Notes: generated from the sequence alone by a model not told the origin. Counted from the first letter of the stretch, positions 12,701-26,560 are shown. The stretch: 64,000 bases of DNA from Monocercomonoides exilis PA203 (GCA_001643675.2 LSRY02000041.1:310001-374000); one strand, 5' to 3'. Made by a program: numbers and translations.

Positions 12701-15700
12701 TCATTCGCTCGTTGATGGCTCTATTTCATCCTCCTTCGCACATTGATTTTCCTCATCCGAGTCATTTTCGCTCTCATCTGTTTCATTCTTCAGCCACTCC
12801 TCGTCGCACACTTCTTCCGCTCTGAGAGTGAGCCACTCATTTATCAGAGAAGGAAGAGGATATGCGGTTTCATTGAACACTGGCCGATCTGTCTTGAAGA
12901 TGTACTTTTTAAGAAATGGAGCAAACTTCGCCTTCTTTCGCTTGGTGATCGTTTCTGCTGGATTTTGATGATAATTATCGGATCGACTCTGCAATAGTTT
13001 TTCAGGTATTTCATGGAACGATGACTGAAAAGTCATAATAGGCGCATTATCTTTGTGTTGATAGGTTGAATATTTTGGGTTTGTCGGAAAAACAGAATCA
13101 AAGCCCACTCTTCCGAATGTATCCACTGCATATAAACGAGCATTGTCTTTTCTATTCGCTCCGCTGTGTTCTTTGTTGTCTCCATCATCTTCACGAAAAA
13201 CATTGTCGTTTTCTTCTTCTCCTCCAAAAATGGAAGCAAATCCTTTCACCCTCCGAAACTCCGACTTTTGAGGAATAACACTCGAATACTTTGGAAACGA
13301 GGAACAAGCAGAAGGAGCTTCAGACAGCGCTGTTACTCCTGTGAGATCTGTCGAAGATGTGTAAGCAGTTGGCTCAAATAGCGTTGGCAAGAAATACGAA
13401 TCAGATGGCGGTGGAGGCGTGACTGCTCGGCGAATTATTCCTTCTCCAAGAACCTCAACTTGATGTAGTTGAAGTGACTCCTTTTCTGTTTGCTTTGTTG
13501 AATCTTTTCCTTTTGAACTGTTAATTGATTGATTAATCTCTACATTTTCTCCATTTTCATTTCCCCCTTCCTTTTCCTCTTTTTTGTCGTTGGATTTCAT
13601 TACTCCTTTTATAAACTTCTCATTTCCCTCTTTTGCTTTGAAAATATTCTCTTCTTGTCTGAGATCTGGAGATTCACTCCGTTTTATTTTTTTGCCGTTT
13701 ATAAGTTGAGATTTTTCATCAGATTTACATCGAAGTTGAGACGCTTTCCTTTCAGAAATTTTTGAATCCCTTTTTGTTGATCCAAATTTCGAAGAAAGAG
13801 AAGGAATATTAGATTTTTGCTCCTCAACATTTTGCTCCATTCCTCCCCTTTCATCTGAAGAAACGCTGGTTTTTCCTTCACCCACAGGAGTTTCAGTCAT
13901 AACGCGGCCAAACTCTGAAGAAGGCTTCCAGACAAGCTGGTCGATCGGCGCTCCAAACACATCTCCGGATATTTTATCTTTAGTCACTCTGATTTCGTTC
14001 GCAATGCCACTCCAGAACAACTTCTCATTTTCCACCTCTTCTTTTTCGTTGTCTATCGCTTTAAGCTCCTCAAGCGCAGCAAGTAAATCACTAAGTGTTG
14101 CATCAGCTTTGATAAATGATGAAAACGGATGGCAAAAACAATCATCTGCAAGCGAAATTTTGCTACCATCTAATTCAATCGCTGGGAATTCTTCTGCTCC
14201 AGCAGCATTTGTGTTTTGATCTACAGATTCATCTTTTGTTTCTATTCCAATAGATGCTTCTCCAATAAGCTGTCTGTTTAATAAGTTTCCTTCGTTTTTT
14301 TCCTTCTTTGCAGTAACTGCATTCTCTTCGATATCATCCTCTTCTTCTTCGTCGTCGTCAAACGTCGGCCATTGAAAAATACGAGGTGCACATTTTTCCT
14401 CTTCGAAAGGTGCAGAATCATCTGTATTTTGTTGTTTCTCTTTTGAGTTGATCGCACTTTCTGCTTTCTTTGCTGTCGTGTTGGTTGAAAGAATGCTTTT
14501 TTGTGGATGGATCAATCCACTCTCAAAAGTACATTTGGAGCGGTTTTCATCATTTTGCTCGGTGGGGAGCTTCCCTTTTGATATTTCCTTCGATTTTCCA
14601 GACATTTCGTTAAGCGTTGATGTTTGGGCCAGCGGAGATGTCGCAGCCATTCTCTGTTTCAACAACGGGGAAAGAATAGGAGAATGTTCAACACTTGAAG
14701 ATTTCGTGTGCACACTCGAAGGAGAAAAACACAGTGACGAGGCAGGAGATAAGATTAGAGTTGGAGGAGAAGGCGAAGAAGGAGGAGAAGACCGCAGCGG
14801 TGAGGAAGGAGGAAGAGATGTGAAAGAGGAGAACGAAGCAAATGATGATAGAGATGACGATGGGCCATGATGACGATACGACGGACGCGACTGCGGATGG
14901 AGAGACTTCAATGGATCAGTGCGCGGCTCCGTTGGAGGCGAACGTTCGAGAGGAGAGCCAACAAAAGGAGGAAGTGAAAAGTCTGAAAGAGTTATTTCCG
15001 GAGTCGTTGGACATAGATGCTCTGCTGGAGGCGATTCGCGACTTTCATTGCGATTCCCATCGAATTGTGTTGAATGAAGTAAAATTGAAGAAGCCACTCC
15101 CTTAGACGATGCGTTTTCTGGAAATATTTTTTCAGCTATATTTTCAACTTTAGCTGGAAGCGTGGAATATGAAGGAAATTTTTGTTGATTTTTGACGCAT
15201 TGGGGTTTTGTTTGTTCTTCTGGTAATTGTACTCGTTTTATTTCCATATTCTTGTCAACAAATGACTTCTCGTTCAAAACCACTTTATTGTTGGAATTTA
15301 ATAAATGCACAATTGAAAGGGTGGTTTTCGGGGTGGATTCCGTTCTTGATGTTATTGTCGTTCGTGGCTTGTAAGAAATGGATGAGCTGAGTTTCTGATC
15401 ATTGTCAATTGGAGAAGTGCAGAATAAACTAAAAGAATAAATTGAAGAAGGAACAAGATCTGGATGAGAAATTGTTTTCAATTCAAGATAATTTTGATTC
15501 TCATTTTGAGATTTTAGTGTCATCTGCTTTAAGAGATCCATTGTTTGTCTGTGCTGTTCAGATTTTATAAAATTTTGATCAATTTTCATTTCTGGGTTTA
15601 ATGTTGAAGAATCAAAAGTGAAAGGGAACTTGTTTTGAAAATACGTAGAAGTAGATGAGCACTGGCATTTGAAAGGTGTTCCTGCTTCTGAATTACCACT

Positions 15701-15827
15701 TCTTTTAACTTGTTTTCTGTTGGTTTTTCTTTTTTGGAAAAGTGTAGGGGGTTCAGAAAATCCACAAATCGTTCGTAGATGAGCTAATGAATACAATCCC
15801 CGATGCGGAGCCAAAGGCGTCCACATT
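12701..15827 (-). CDS. Hypothetical ~1040-aa Ser/Pro/Glu-rich, largely disordered protein
   Basis: Uninterrupted 1049-codon ORF. The first ATG (MWTPLAP) lies just after a TTTCAG acceptor-like site, so an upstream exon is possible. Confidence 0.8.
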
Positions 15828-16339
15828 CTGAAATGATGATATTTAAACAATATGTGTATTAAATGTATTATGCTACAAAGATCAAATGTTATCTTGTCAT
15901 AATTTTTGGATTGATTTTCTAATCAAGTTCCTCACTTATTTTCTCTTTCTTTTAGCCCTGGGTGACGTGAAGAAAAAAATTTGTCACGTCCGTCACCAAT
16001 TTTCCACTTCAAATTTAAAAAAAAAAAAAAAAAAAAAAAGATGAAAATATTTTATTTATACATTTTTTGAAAAATTCAGCAAATTTATAATATGTATTTA
16101 GAATATTTGAAATCAAATATCCCATTATTAAATGATTTAGAAATAAAGCACACTTATTTCAAAAAACATATGAGAAATGCATGTGTCTAAAATGATGGTG
16201 TGAGAACTGACTTTTCATTGCTTTTTTATAATTATTCTTTCACCTGGAATAGTTGAACATAAGCATTTTGTAATTTAATTTTTGAAAGAAAACAACACAG
16301 CTTTCTGAACACAATTGCATAATTAATAATCAGATTAAT

Positions 16340-17640
16340 AGCATTTCCGAAAAATTCATAGGTGTGCAACGTTGTTGAGCTTGAACATATGATGAGAGGA
16401 TTTTTTTCTTCATTTTTTATTTTTTGAAGAATTGTCTTCTAAGCTGAAGCATTGCGGTGAGTAAAATCAGAAACAGAAAATCGAAGAGAATTGAGGAATT
16501 ATGGATTGTACGAATGAAGATGAACAAAGATCTGTTTTCTCAAAAGAACAGTTTTACAAAAATGATAGAATTATTTAAAGCAAGAGTTGAATATTGAAAA
16601 AAACATTTTGATATTGAAGAATATTGGATATTGCAAAGAGTTGAAGAATATTACTTATATTCCTTTTGAAAAATCTTTGTCGAACAAAAGATTTGAGAAG
16701 ATGATTAAAGAAGAAGAAAAGAATACACATCGTTTGATTGATATTTGCGAATGCTTACTCTTGTCCAACAAGTAACTTATGTGGAATATCCTTTTTATTT
16801 GTATTCGCTGCCTTTTGAAAGCTGTGTCTATCAAGAAGAGAAAAGAAAGAATGCATTAAGAAGTGAAAATGTTTTTGCAATCAATGAGCACAATTGGGAT
16901 GAAAAAGGTGTGGTTTTTTCATTGTTTAATATTTTTAAATTGTTGTTTCCACATTTTTCTGATATCTTTCTTTATTAAAAAAAGAGAGCGAAGCCAAAAC
17001 GTTTCTCAAAGAAGATGACAGAAATAAATCAGCATCATCAACAGAATCACAATCCAACGCAACTTGGTTATTGATATGCTTGGTTATTTTGATAACATAT
17101 TGCGCAATGGCAAAAGCTTGGGAGGAATGAATGTGAATGAGCTGCATTTCAGAAGAGAGGCGGCAAGAGAATTAGAATAGCTGACAAGAAATGAGAATTG
17201 GAAGAAGAAAGAAGATGAAATTAGCAAAGAAGAAGCGAATGAAGTGCTTGTAATTTGGAGAAGGATTGAAACACTTGAGATATCTTTTCGCTGTTGTCGG
17301 TCGAGGAATTAAGAATGTGTTGGTCTATCCAGCAGCATTGTTCAGGTATATCGAGTAGTGAAGGAAAATTACAGAGAAATTCGTTACAAATGCATTGACG
17401 CCTTGAGAAATGCAGCAGAAAAAATATTGTGATGGATGATTACTTGTTAATGGAGGGAGCTGTTAAAGATGCTATGAAGGAGAGCAAACAACCAACAATG
17501 GATTATGAAATTGTATTTGAAAGCTTGATATTTTTTATGCATAATTCAAGGTGATCAAATGAGGAGTTGAAATATTAAATAAATGAAGAAAAAATAAAAA
17601 TAACAAAATTGATATTATTTACAAATTTTGAAGAAGTCTG
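16340..17640 (+). pseudogene. Decayed member of a Glu/Lys-rich helical multigene family, inside the TIR element
   Basis: Fragments such as LKNIGYCKELKNI..FEKSLSNKRFEKMIKEEEKN..LIDICECLLL, broken by many stops and frameshifts. Resembles, from memory, an expanded oxymonad family. Confidence 0.6.
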
Positions 17641-19005
17641 CGAATGTATCATCATTATATATCTTTTTATATTGGATTATTTCAACGTGAAGTATTGCCT
17701 TCACTTATCTTTGAGTGTTTTTGATTATTTTGTGAGATTTTCAAAAAATGAAATGCTTTTTATTTTACAACGAAATAATTCTTTTTTTTTATTTCACTCA
17801 TTTCACAAAAATAGAATGCATTCGCTTTAGGCTTTGATAATGATATTATATTTTTAATAATTTCTTTAAAATGAAGTTAAACTTCAGCAAAAAAACAAAA
17901 ATAAACAAATATTATTAATTCATGACTTGACATTTTATCTTCTTTTTTTATTCTCCTCAAACTTATTTCAGCATTTATCTTCTTCAAAGAAATTCGTCCT
18001 GAATTTATTCCTTTTTTTCATCTTTTCCTGTGTTTATTCTCAATTCTTATCACAGTTTTGCTTTCAGTTTTTTCCTCATTTTTCCAATATTTGAATTTTT
18101 AAAGAATGAAAGGATGAAACAAAACAGAGCATAAGATTGGATCAAGAAGTGAAATCACAACGGGAAAAAGAAGACATGTTTTCATATCAACATATCAAAG
18201 CGCAGGATGCAGAAAAGATGACTTATTGCTTTTAAAACTGTGAATTAATGAATAACCATAAATGAAATAAACATTACTGATTGTTCAAAGCAGACGTTTA
18301 CAATACTTTTCAGTTCATACGAAATTAAAAAAAAAATCTCATTTAACATACAAATAAAAAAAACGATAACTTGGTGATGGTTTGCACAAGAAATTCTTTA
18401 CCATTCGGAAAAAATGAACCAATTTTTCCGTTCCAGTCTATGCTTCCGTCTAGTAAAATAATTGTGAATATTCCATTATCAATTGGCTATTGAATGGATT
18501 TGTATCATAATTTATTGGTTTTTGATTTTCATCATAAGCAGAATGAAATATCACAAAGTTTCACATAAAATATATAAATATGATAGCTTGATTATGCAAC
18601 CATCTTTTTATGATAATTTAACTCTTTAAAATGCTAAATAATTAAAATATAGAAATATTTAAAAAATGAATGAAAATAAAAAAAATATGTTTCTCTTTCT
18701 GTTTCATATTGAATTATGTTTCAGCTCAAACATTATTAAATTTCAAGCAACACCAATTTTGTTTTCTAAAACGCGTATTCAGAAAACAGAGTAATTACTA
18801 AAAACTGTTGATTAATAATGGGTAAAAGGCACACAATTCAGTGATTTATTTAATTTCTGTTTCAGTTAGCTAATATGAAAGTTGTAAACTTCTTCTAACT
18901 AATTCAAATATCTAACTCAGAATGACGTCACTGACTTGTGACGTCAGTAACGTATCAAAATTCCGATTGCCGCTTTCACGTCAGTCAAAATTGAATAATG
19001 GAAAT

Positions 19006-19082
19006 TTTTATTTATTTTTTTATTTTTTATTTTTTATTTTTTATTTTTTATTTTTTATTTTTTATTTTTTATTTTTTTTTTT
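19006..19082. repeat. (TTTTTTA)n microsatellite in the right subterminal region of the TIR element
   Basis: Direct reading. Confidence 0.9.
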
Positions 19083-19299
19083 GTGACTTGGAATAATCTG
19101 TCACGTCCGTCAAAAATCGAAAAAATCACGTCAGAAGTCACCACGTCACCCAGGGCTACTTTCTTTTGTCAAATCAATGTGAAAAATCAAAACATATTGT
19201 AGCATCATCAGTCGAAACCCTTGTTACACTCTCATTTAAATTTGAAAATTTTATTAACTGACTAATGTGACAAAAATTGTCAGTTCGGAAAAAACAAAT

Positions 19300-19555
19300 G
19301 GGTGATTATTATTGAAATCATAACTTTTTCCGGAATATAGATTTTTTCAAAGGTTGTTTGCCTTTGGGAAGAGATTTTGTATTCAAATGTTAGAATAATC
19401 ACAACTATTTCAAAATCTAATGCATAATCTGAAATAATAATTAAGAGGTCTTGAATATGTCTGTTAACTTTTCAGTGTTCATTTGTTGACATTCAAAAGA
19501 TATTTTCAAACCGAAATTTTTGAAAGAAAAAATATTATTTCAAAAATGATCACCC
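19300..19555. mobile_element. 256-bp MITE with GGGTGATTATT..GAAAT TIRs and 4-bp TSD AAAT
   Basis: GGGTGATTATTATTGAAATCATA ... TATTTCAAAAATGATCACCC, with AAAT on both flanks. Inverted homologue of 43571-43826. Confidence 0.88.
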
Positions 19556-20789
19556 AAATCCTCAAAAAATATTCAGTCAAAAACCAATAATAATTATTGA
19601 ACTATTTATTAATTAAAAATTTGTTATCTTAAGTTAATATTATTGCAAATAATTAGTAATTTTCTCTATCTTTTCACCCACTTATTCATTTTCACTTATA
19701 CCCAAGTCAAACAAGTAATTTTGATGAATTAGGGGTAAAAATCGCTTCGAAGAAGTTAAATAAAGTTAGTGAAGTCTTTGAGCAAAACAATGAAATTGAA
19801 TTCTGAAACGAACCAAAGTTGATGAACTTGAAGAGAAAATTTGAATCTCACTTTTTCAGAAGGATTGGAAACTGTTGCATTTTTTGATTAAAAAAGAATA
19901 TAGGAAGGAATGATTGGCGAATCAGCTGCTAACAACTTTGAAAATGGAAGGAACGGGAAATTTTTAGGATTTGTGGAATTTCATCAGAGAAAGCATCTTT
20001 TGCCAATCAAATAAGGCATCAAACCTGGCTAAATAATTTGTTCTATAAATCTGAATAATTTTTTACGATATTTTTGAACTGTTTTCAACAGGTTGGCTGA
20101 ACGAAACAGCAATGAATAAGTGGCTTTGAAAAAGAAGAAACAATCCATTGTGGGAGAGATGAGGAAATGTGGGAAATAATTGAGAAAGAAATTGAAAGAT
20201 GGAAAGATGAATGAGATGATTGAAGAAAACGAGAAATTGCGAAGATGCTTGGTTTGAGGCTCCTGCGAAGTACATTTTTTTGAAGATAGATAGTTTGAGA
20301 GAGAAAAAATTGGAATGCATTAGAAGTTAATTATGAAATGAAGAAAACAGAAAAAATTGGGTTGGATTGCGATGCATATTTAACTCTTTGTATGTGAGAT
20401 TGGGAGGGTTGTGTTAAAGTGAATGATCCAATGATTCGTTTCAGTTTAAAAAGATGCATAAGTTTGAAGAAGAAAATTTTTCCAAGCTTCTCTTTTGTCG
20501 TTAGATGAAATATCTCTTCACAATTTCAGGTGTGAAAACAAAGAATCAATTTGATAATCAACTTCATCTTTATCTTTCACATTGTTTAAAAATGCATTCA
20601 AACAATCACTCATGCAAGAAAGAGAAATATTAGTTTTTTGAGAAAAAAGTAAATAATGAAAAAACAATAATAAGGTTCTGATCTTTTCAAAAAAAAAACA
20701 GATATTCACTGTTCTTGTTAATTGTTAATTCTTTTTGTATCATTGAAAAAAAAGAAAAAGAAAAATTTGATGAATATTTTGTTTATTTA

Positions 20790-22302
20790 ATCATGTTATT
20801 ATTGAAATGCTCCATGAAATATGAATGAAAAAAACTCTTAAACATTTCTGTTTTTCACCAAGTATTGTTTTTTGCGGAAGTCCAAAATAAACTGGCATTC
20901 TGTCGATGTTCATTATTCCCCACTCTCCTCCTTTTGTTTGTCTTGTTTGTCTTGTGCATGACAGTGGCAATGACTTGTTGTCCAATTTGACAATTTCGAT
21001 CACTTTTTTGAAGCTTTCTTCAAAGATCTGAGCTGTTGAAGGAGTCTTGTGAAAATCATTCACAAGTCCATTTTCTTTAAAAGCAGAAAAAATGTTTATC
21101 GATGAAGAAACTTGCAATATTGCGTTCATTCCTACCCACAAAAGATGTTCCATACTATCGTGCATTGAACCCGATCTGACCTGTTAAATTTGAAGCTTCC
21201 AAAGCGAGAAAATAAATGAATCCAATGACCGAAGCAAATGTGTTGTATTCGGAGGTGAAACCAAAAGCAAAATATTTTTATTAACAAGTCGAGTCAATAT
21301 ATTATCTGACAGGTGGATTCTGCAACCATCAAGAATCAACACTGCCTGTGCGTGCTTATCTGGTAAAATCATTCTTTTAATGTTGACATGAGGAATGAAA
21401 ACTTTCTCAATCCAGTTTTCAAACCACTCCTTTGTGAAATAAGACGAATTTCCGATTTCCACACAACCATGAATTCATATTCAATAGCCTAGAGACCGAA
21501 GGGATCTTGTGTTGAACGGTTTTTGCACCAGAAAACAAGGAGGGACAAAAGTACCATCAAGTGAAATGCAGTGGAGCAATGAAATCCTTTTTTCTTCTCT
21601 GTCAACAGGCGTGTGATCAATAACACGATTTTCATTTGTTTAGACTATAAGATTCATCTTTCTTGTATCTTCATGCGCATGATAACCTGATTCATCAGCA
21701 CAAAAGATCATTGATGAATATTTTCCATTCACATATTGAGTCTTGTAATTTTTCCAGGTTATAATACTTTGTTCCGAAATTTTCATTCTTTTTTCGTCTC
21801 TCACGCTTGATGGAACAATCATCAATTCCTCGCTATGCCTTTTTATGAATGAAGAATGAAAATTGTGAGAAGGCGTTTTATGACAAACTTTTGCAACAAC
21901 GGCTCTTAGCGTTTTCGGTGTGATTTGCTTTCTTTTATCTCTCAAATTTTTCAGTATTTCCATGACTCGTTTTTCTTGCTTTCGAGTCATCAACATGTTT
22001 TTTTTCTCAATAACCTTTTAACATATATATCCGGTTCTAACCTGGCAGACAAGGTTCGGTGTGCAGTTGAGTGCCTTTGCAATTCGCACGTTTGAAGGTA
22101 TTTTTGCTTTTCTCATTTTGCAAGCGTTGAAGAAGGAACGAATTAATGAAACTTTCGTTTTTGAAGTGTTTCGCGACAAGAATGATGAAATGAAGTGCAG
22201 GTCCAATTTTGGAATTAATCCTGTTAAAACTGTTTCAAACGAAGATGTACTGAAAGCTGAAATACGAAAGGCATTTCCAATAAAAAGATAGTCAAATTTG
22301 TA
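20790..22302 (-). pseudogene. Decayed pogo-like (CENP-B HTH + DDE_1) transposase
   Basis: ITPKTLRAVV..HNFHSSFIKRH (HTH), IFCADESG, VLILDGCRIH and PPNTTHLLRSLDSFIF (catalytic triad), split over several ORFs. Confidence 0.9.
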
Positions 22303-23622
22303 CAGTCTGTCCCAAAAAAATGTTGATCTGTCCGTTTTTAATGTCGATCATACCATCAACAATATCAAAAAAGGACTCCCAAAATTGAATGATATGAGTA
22401 TGATTGATATGTTTTGTTAATGTCATGCTTTGTTTAAGAGCTCTTTGAGTAAATGACTCGAAAATAAACAAAATAGAAATGGTATGCACGTAATAATCAT
22501 TCAATTTCAATTTACACTTTTAATGAATTCCCTTTTTTGTTTTGCATCTTTCATATTTCGTTAAGATTAAATAATGAAACATATTGAAGATCACCTCATG
22601 ATTGGTTTTAAGTCAAAAAACTATCTCATGCGAAACGGAAAGTTAATTCCACAGGAACAGTCGGTTTGTTGTTCTCAAATTCTCCATGTTTTAGCAAGAT
22701 ACGTGTTTTTAAATAAACTTCAATTTTATGCATTCTTCAAATTAGCTAGTTTGTTCTATCATTTTATTGCAGAATATATCCTTTGTATGCTTTCCATGTG
22801 TTGAAAACAACATTATAACTTCTCCTTTTGATTTTCCTTAAGTATTGGATTTATTATTGAAAGAGATGATTTATATGTTTAAAGAAAGATTATGTACTTA
22901 TAATTTTGCTTTCAAAACTTTGATTTTACATCACAATGAAAGTTTTTTAATTTTTTGTTAATTTTGATTTGTTTAGAGACTAAATAAAAAAAATAAAAAC
23001 ATTTGTGTTGACACTTTCGATTTACGAAAAATGAAAATACATATTTTCTTGATTCCAAAGCATGATCAATGAGATATTTGCTCATTTTCTCCATGAAAAT
23101 TTAATGAAAATAAAGAATAATGAAATAAGTTCAACAGTCATTAATCAATATTCAATTTTATATTGAAATTTTGAAGTGAAAAGCACAAATAAAACAGTTT
23201 AATAACCGTTCAGAGCATAAAATAAACATATATTTAAAAGAAACAAGTTCAATTTGTTCAAAATGGACAATACATTTAATAAATATGATCCAATAAGTAA
23301 TAATGAATTAGAAAATTGGTGCACAAAGATTTCAACTAGAATATTCTCTTATAAGACCTTATTCGAGTGAGAATGATAATGAAAGAATATGAAACCAAAT
23401 AATAGCAACATTTGTAAATGAACTATTGTGTAACAAACAACAAACATCATTGATTATGTCTTGGTTAAAAAAAATAGCAATAACTCCATTTTCCACGTTA
23501 AGTCATATTTTCTAACATGCAATCCATTAAATTGATGAAAAATATGGTTCATTATTTATTTAAAAAGCATGGTATGATCGACATTAAAAACGGACAGATC
23601 AACATTTTTTTGGGACAGACTG
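22303..23622. mobile_element. 1.32-kb non-autonomous Tc1/mariner/pogo-type element with perfect 54-bp TIRs and TA TSD
   Basis: TA|CAGTCTGTCCCAAAAAAATGTTGATCTGTCCGTTTTTAATGTCGATCATACCAT with an exact inverted copy at 23569-23622 followed by TA. No internal transposase seen. Confidence 0.95.
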
Positions 23623-23699
23623 TATAACTGAAACAACCATAATAATTAAAGAATTATCGTTGGCAACATTTAACAATTAACATGAACGGTGAGTGACTG

Positions 23700-25883
23700 A
23701 AGAAAATAATAAATTGATGAGCAATTTAAGTTTGGGGAAAAAACGTAAGTTATCGAGGGATGAAACATAAAGTGAATTAGGCATGCATGCACGTGGAGTA
23801 AGCGAGAAAAGAAAGAGGAGCTGTTTGATTTAATGAAAGAAACAGCAAATCTTCTCTGTGGAATTGTGCGTGGAACGATGAAAGAAGAAATCGAGGGTAT
23901 TCTGAGGAAGAATATGGAATGAGCAAAGGAGCTGCGTCCAAAATTGCTGAAGAAGTTATCGCTGAATATGGCTTGTTATCAAATTTTCAAAAACAATTTT
24001 TAAATAAAATGTCAAAATCTTTCATTGATTCGTTGTTGTTGTTATTTTTTAGCTTCAAGCGGTTTGCCAAAGAAAAAAGGTGAGCCAGCTTTTGCTTTTG
24101 GGAAGGCAAGAACTTCGAGTCAAGCAGATTGGAAATTTTCTGTTCCATCAGCGTTTTCTTCGAAAGCATCAAGCTCTTTAGGCGCTGGAAAAGCTGCTTC
24201 GAAGCCATTCATATCTTCATTAGCACCGATGGAGAGTTCGGGGATTTTTGGTGGCCCTGCGAAGTTCCCGCCTTCATTTGGAAGTGCGATGCAAGGGCCT
24301 GGGCCAATGCTGCCAACTGGACTTTCCACAGCTGGTCCTTTTCGCCTGGAATTTCTTTAGCTGGGCCCTTTTCTGAGGAGCCTTCACTTTCTGTGTCAAG
24401 CATGGCTCCACCAGGATTTCCTGCACCAGGATTTCCGTCTTCTTCATTTGGGGATCCTTTATTGATGCCTCCATTTAATCCCTCTGATGAATCGAGCCCT
24501 TTTATCGGAACGCCAGCTAGACTGATTGAAGATGGAGAGAAATCGCAAAAAGAAGGAGATGAAAAAGGGAAAAAGAAAAGTGAGAGTGGCAGCGACTCTG
24601 ATAGCGATTCTGACAGCGATGAGGAATCAGATGACTCAGAGGAGTCTGAAGATGAAAGTGATTCTGATGAAAGTGGCAACGATGAAAGCGGCTCTGATTC
24701 ATCATCATCGTCGTCGTCAGAGGGAGGAAAAGGAAAAGAAGGATATAAAGAAAACAAAAAGCCAGTGAAGGGAAGTTTGCATTCTTTATTTATAATTATT
24801 GAATTTCAGATATTTTACGTATTTTGTGTTTTGTTATTAACTTATTGATTAATTGATTTTTTTTTTTTTTGAAATATTTCATCTTTCTTTCTTTATTTGT
24901 TAGAAATGAGAGGACCTCTTCATTTTCTCACTGAAGAGAGATCTGGGTTTAATCAGAAGTTTGATGCAGATATTCAGTTGTTGCAGAAGGAGCGCCTAAT
25001 TTGTGTGAATAGACTATTTCCTGTTCCTGTTTGTTTGGGCAATCCATTCAACAAAGGCATTTAGCGGGTGGATTTGCTTGTGGAAGAGGCCAATCCGTCG
25101 TCCCGCGGTTTTGCAATACTACAAGTGTGCGAGAGTAACATGAAGAATGCCATCAAGAAGCGCAATTCTTTGCTGAAGCCAAAGAAATCAAAAAGTTGAT
25201 CGACAAGCCATCAAGCGGAAAATCCATTTGCACCTCCTTTCGGTTTAGGGTCATCTTCTGCTTTTGGTTCTTCTGGTCTAAGCCATCGATTTAGTCCTTT
25301 TGGTCAAGGGAAATGGAAAGGAGTTAATACAGAAGGGATGATTATAAAGGATCAAGGACATTTGGGTGCTTCATTGCCTTTTATTGATCCCTGGAGATCA
25401 AGAGGTTCACAAGTCGCTTGCGAAGTTAACACAAAGAAGAAAACTGCGTCATTTTTTGTTGATCGGAAAAAGCAAGCCATTGTGTTTACAAAGCTGCCAA
25501 AGTGTGTACAATTTCAAGTATGAAAAGTAAAAGTTATTGTTTTTGAAGGCTGTTTTGTTTACTAATTACTACAATTTTATGACTTATTTGTTTCATATTC
25601 ATGTATAGTTTTATTATATTATGTTATATTTTCTTTCTTTCTTTCTTTCTTTATATAATTGTTTTTTTCTTTCTATAATAATTATTTTTTTAAAAAAAAC
25701 ATTATCTTTGCATTTTATTTCTTTTCATCACAATTTGATTTTCACATTTATTTTGATTAAACTTTTTATTGCAGATGATATTCCATTCTGCAAGATTGCT
25801 TGTGAAAGTGCTCAGATTAGACAAAATTAAGAAGCCAACTGGCCCCAAAAAGGTTTCAGGCACAAAAAATATAGAGTTTTCAT
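23700..25883 (+). pseudogene. Intron-containing pseudogene: Pro/Gly-rich and acidic segments plus a C-terminal SPRY/B30.2-like region
   Basis: Frameshift near 24340, in-frame stops (KGI*RVD ~25061; TGA ~25197), GT-AG introns ~24775-24903 and ~25518-25773. SQVACEVNTKKKTASFFVDRKKQAIVFTKLP resembles the end of a SPRY domain. Confidence 0.6.
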
Positions 25884-26159
25884 GAAACAGGTTTTGTCCC
25901 AAATTTCATGAAATGAGGACGTGATACTTTTTGTTTGATGTTAGTCGTTGTTTTGAAATTGTCAATGAGTTATTTTCCAGCTTTTTATTTTCAAATGTGC
26001 TTCACTTAATTGAAGCAAATCGTTTCATTCTTTCAATGTTTTTTCGTGGCAGCAATTATAAAATCAAACACATTAGATCAAAACCTTTCACTTTATGTTA
26101 AGGTTTCCTTTTTTTTTCAAAAAAATGTTTTGTGATAATCAATTTATAACTTATGTGAT

Positions 26160-26560
26160 TTGTTCCGAATGAAAATGAAAAAATGGATACACTTTCTGCT
26201 TCGTCCATGGTGTTTGGAGCAAACGTCAGAGAAAAACGTGCATTTTCCAATGGAAGTTGTGTTACACAGTCTCCATTCAACCGATGAGGATAAACAACCC
26301 CGACGAAAATTGAATGGAATTATTTACAAAAAGAAAGTGATGTGTGTTATGGCTCTCTCTCTAATCGGTTAGAACATAATCGATGCTAACAATGGAAGTG
26401 ATGATGATTCCTGTGACGGGCACGAACAGAACCCATGAGCCACTATCGAATATGCCTCCATCGACTTCATTTCCCTTTTTTAAAACACTTCCCTTTCACT
26501 CAACAACTCCTCATTCTTTCTCACTCCAATTATAACCTTTTCACATCTTGAACTAAAATC
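26160..26560 (+). pseudogene. Decayed fragment of the same surface-protein family as 40977-41615
   Basis: Nucleotide similarity to 41120-41510: ACTTTCTGCTTC..ATGG, CAGTCTCCATTC, GCCACTATCGAATATGCC, CTTCATTTCCCT. Confidence 0.75.

Larger units (their letters stand above)
15953..19158. mobile_element. 3.2-kb non-autonomous TIR element with perfect 17-bp TIRs and 8-bp TSD (hAT-like), carrying a decayed gene fragment
   Basis: TAGCCCTGGGTGACGTG ... CACGTCACCCAGGGCTA. CTTTCTTT is duplicated at 15945-15952 and 19159-19166. Subterminal TGTCACGTCCGTCA occurs near both ends. Confidence 0.95.

Noticed and set aside
19800-20340. Purine-rich coding-like remnant
   Set aside because: No sustained frame or recognisable motif.
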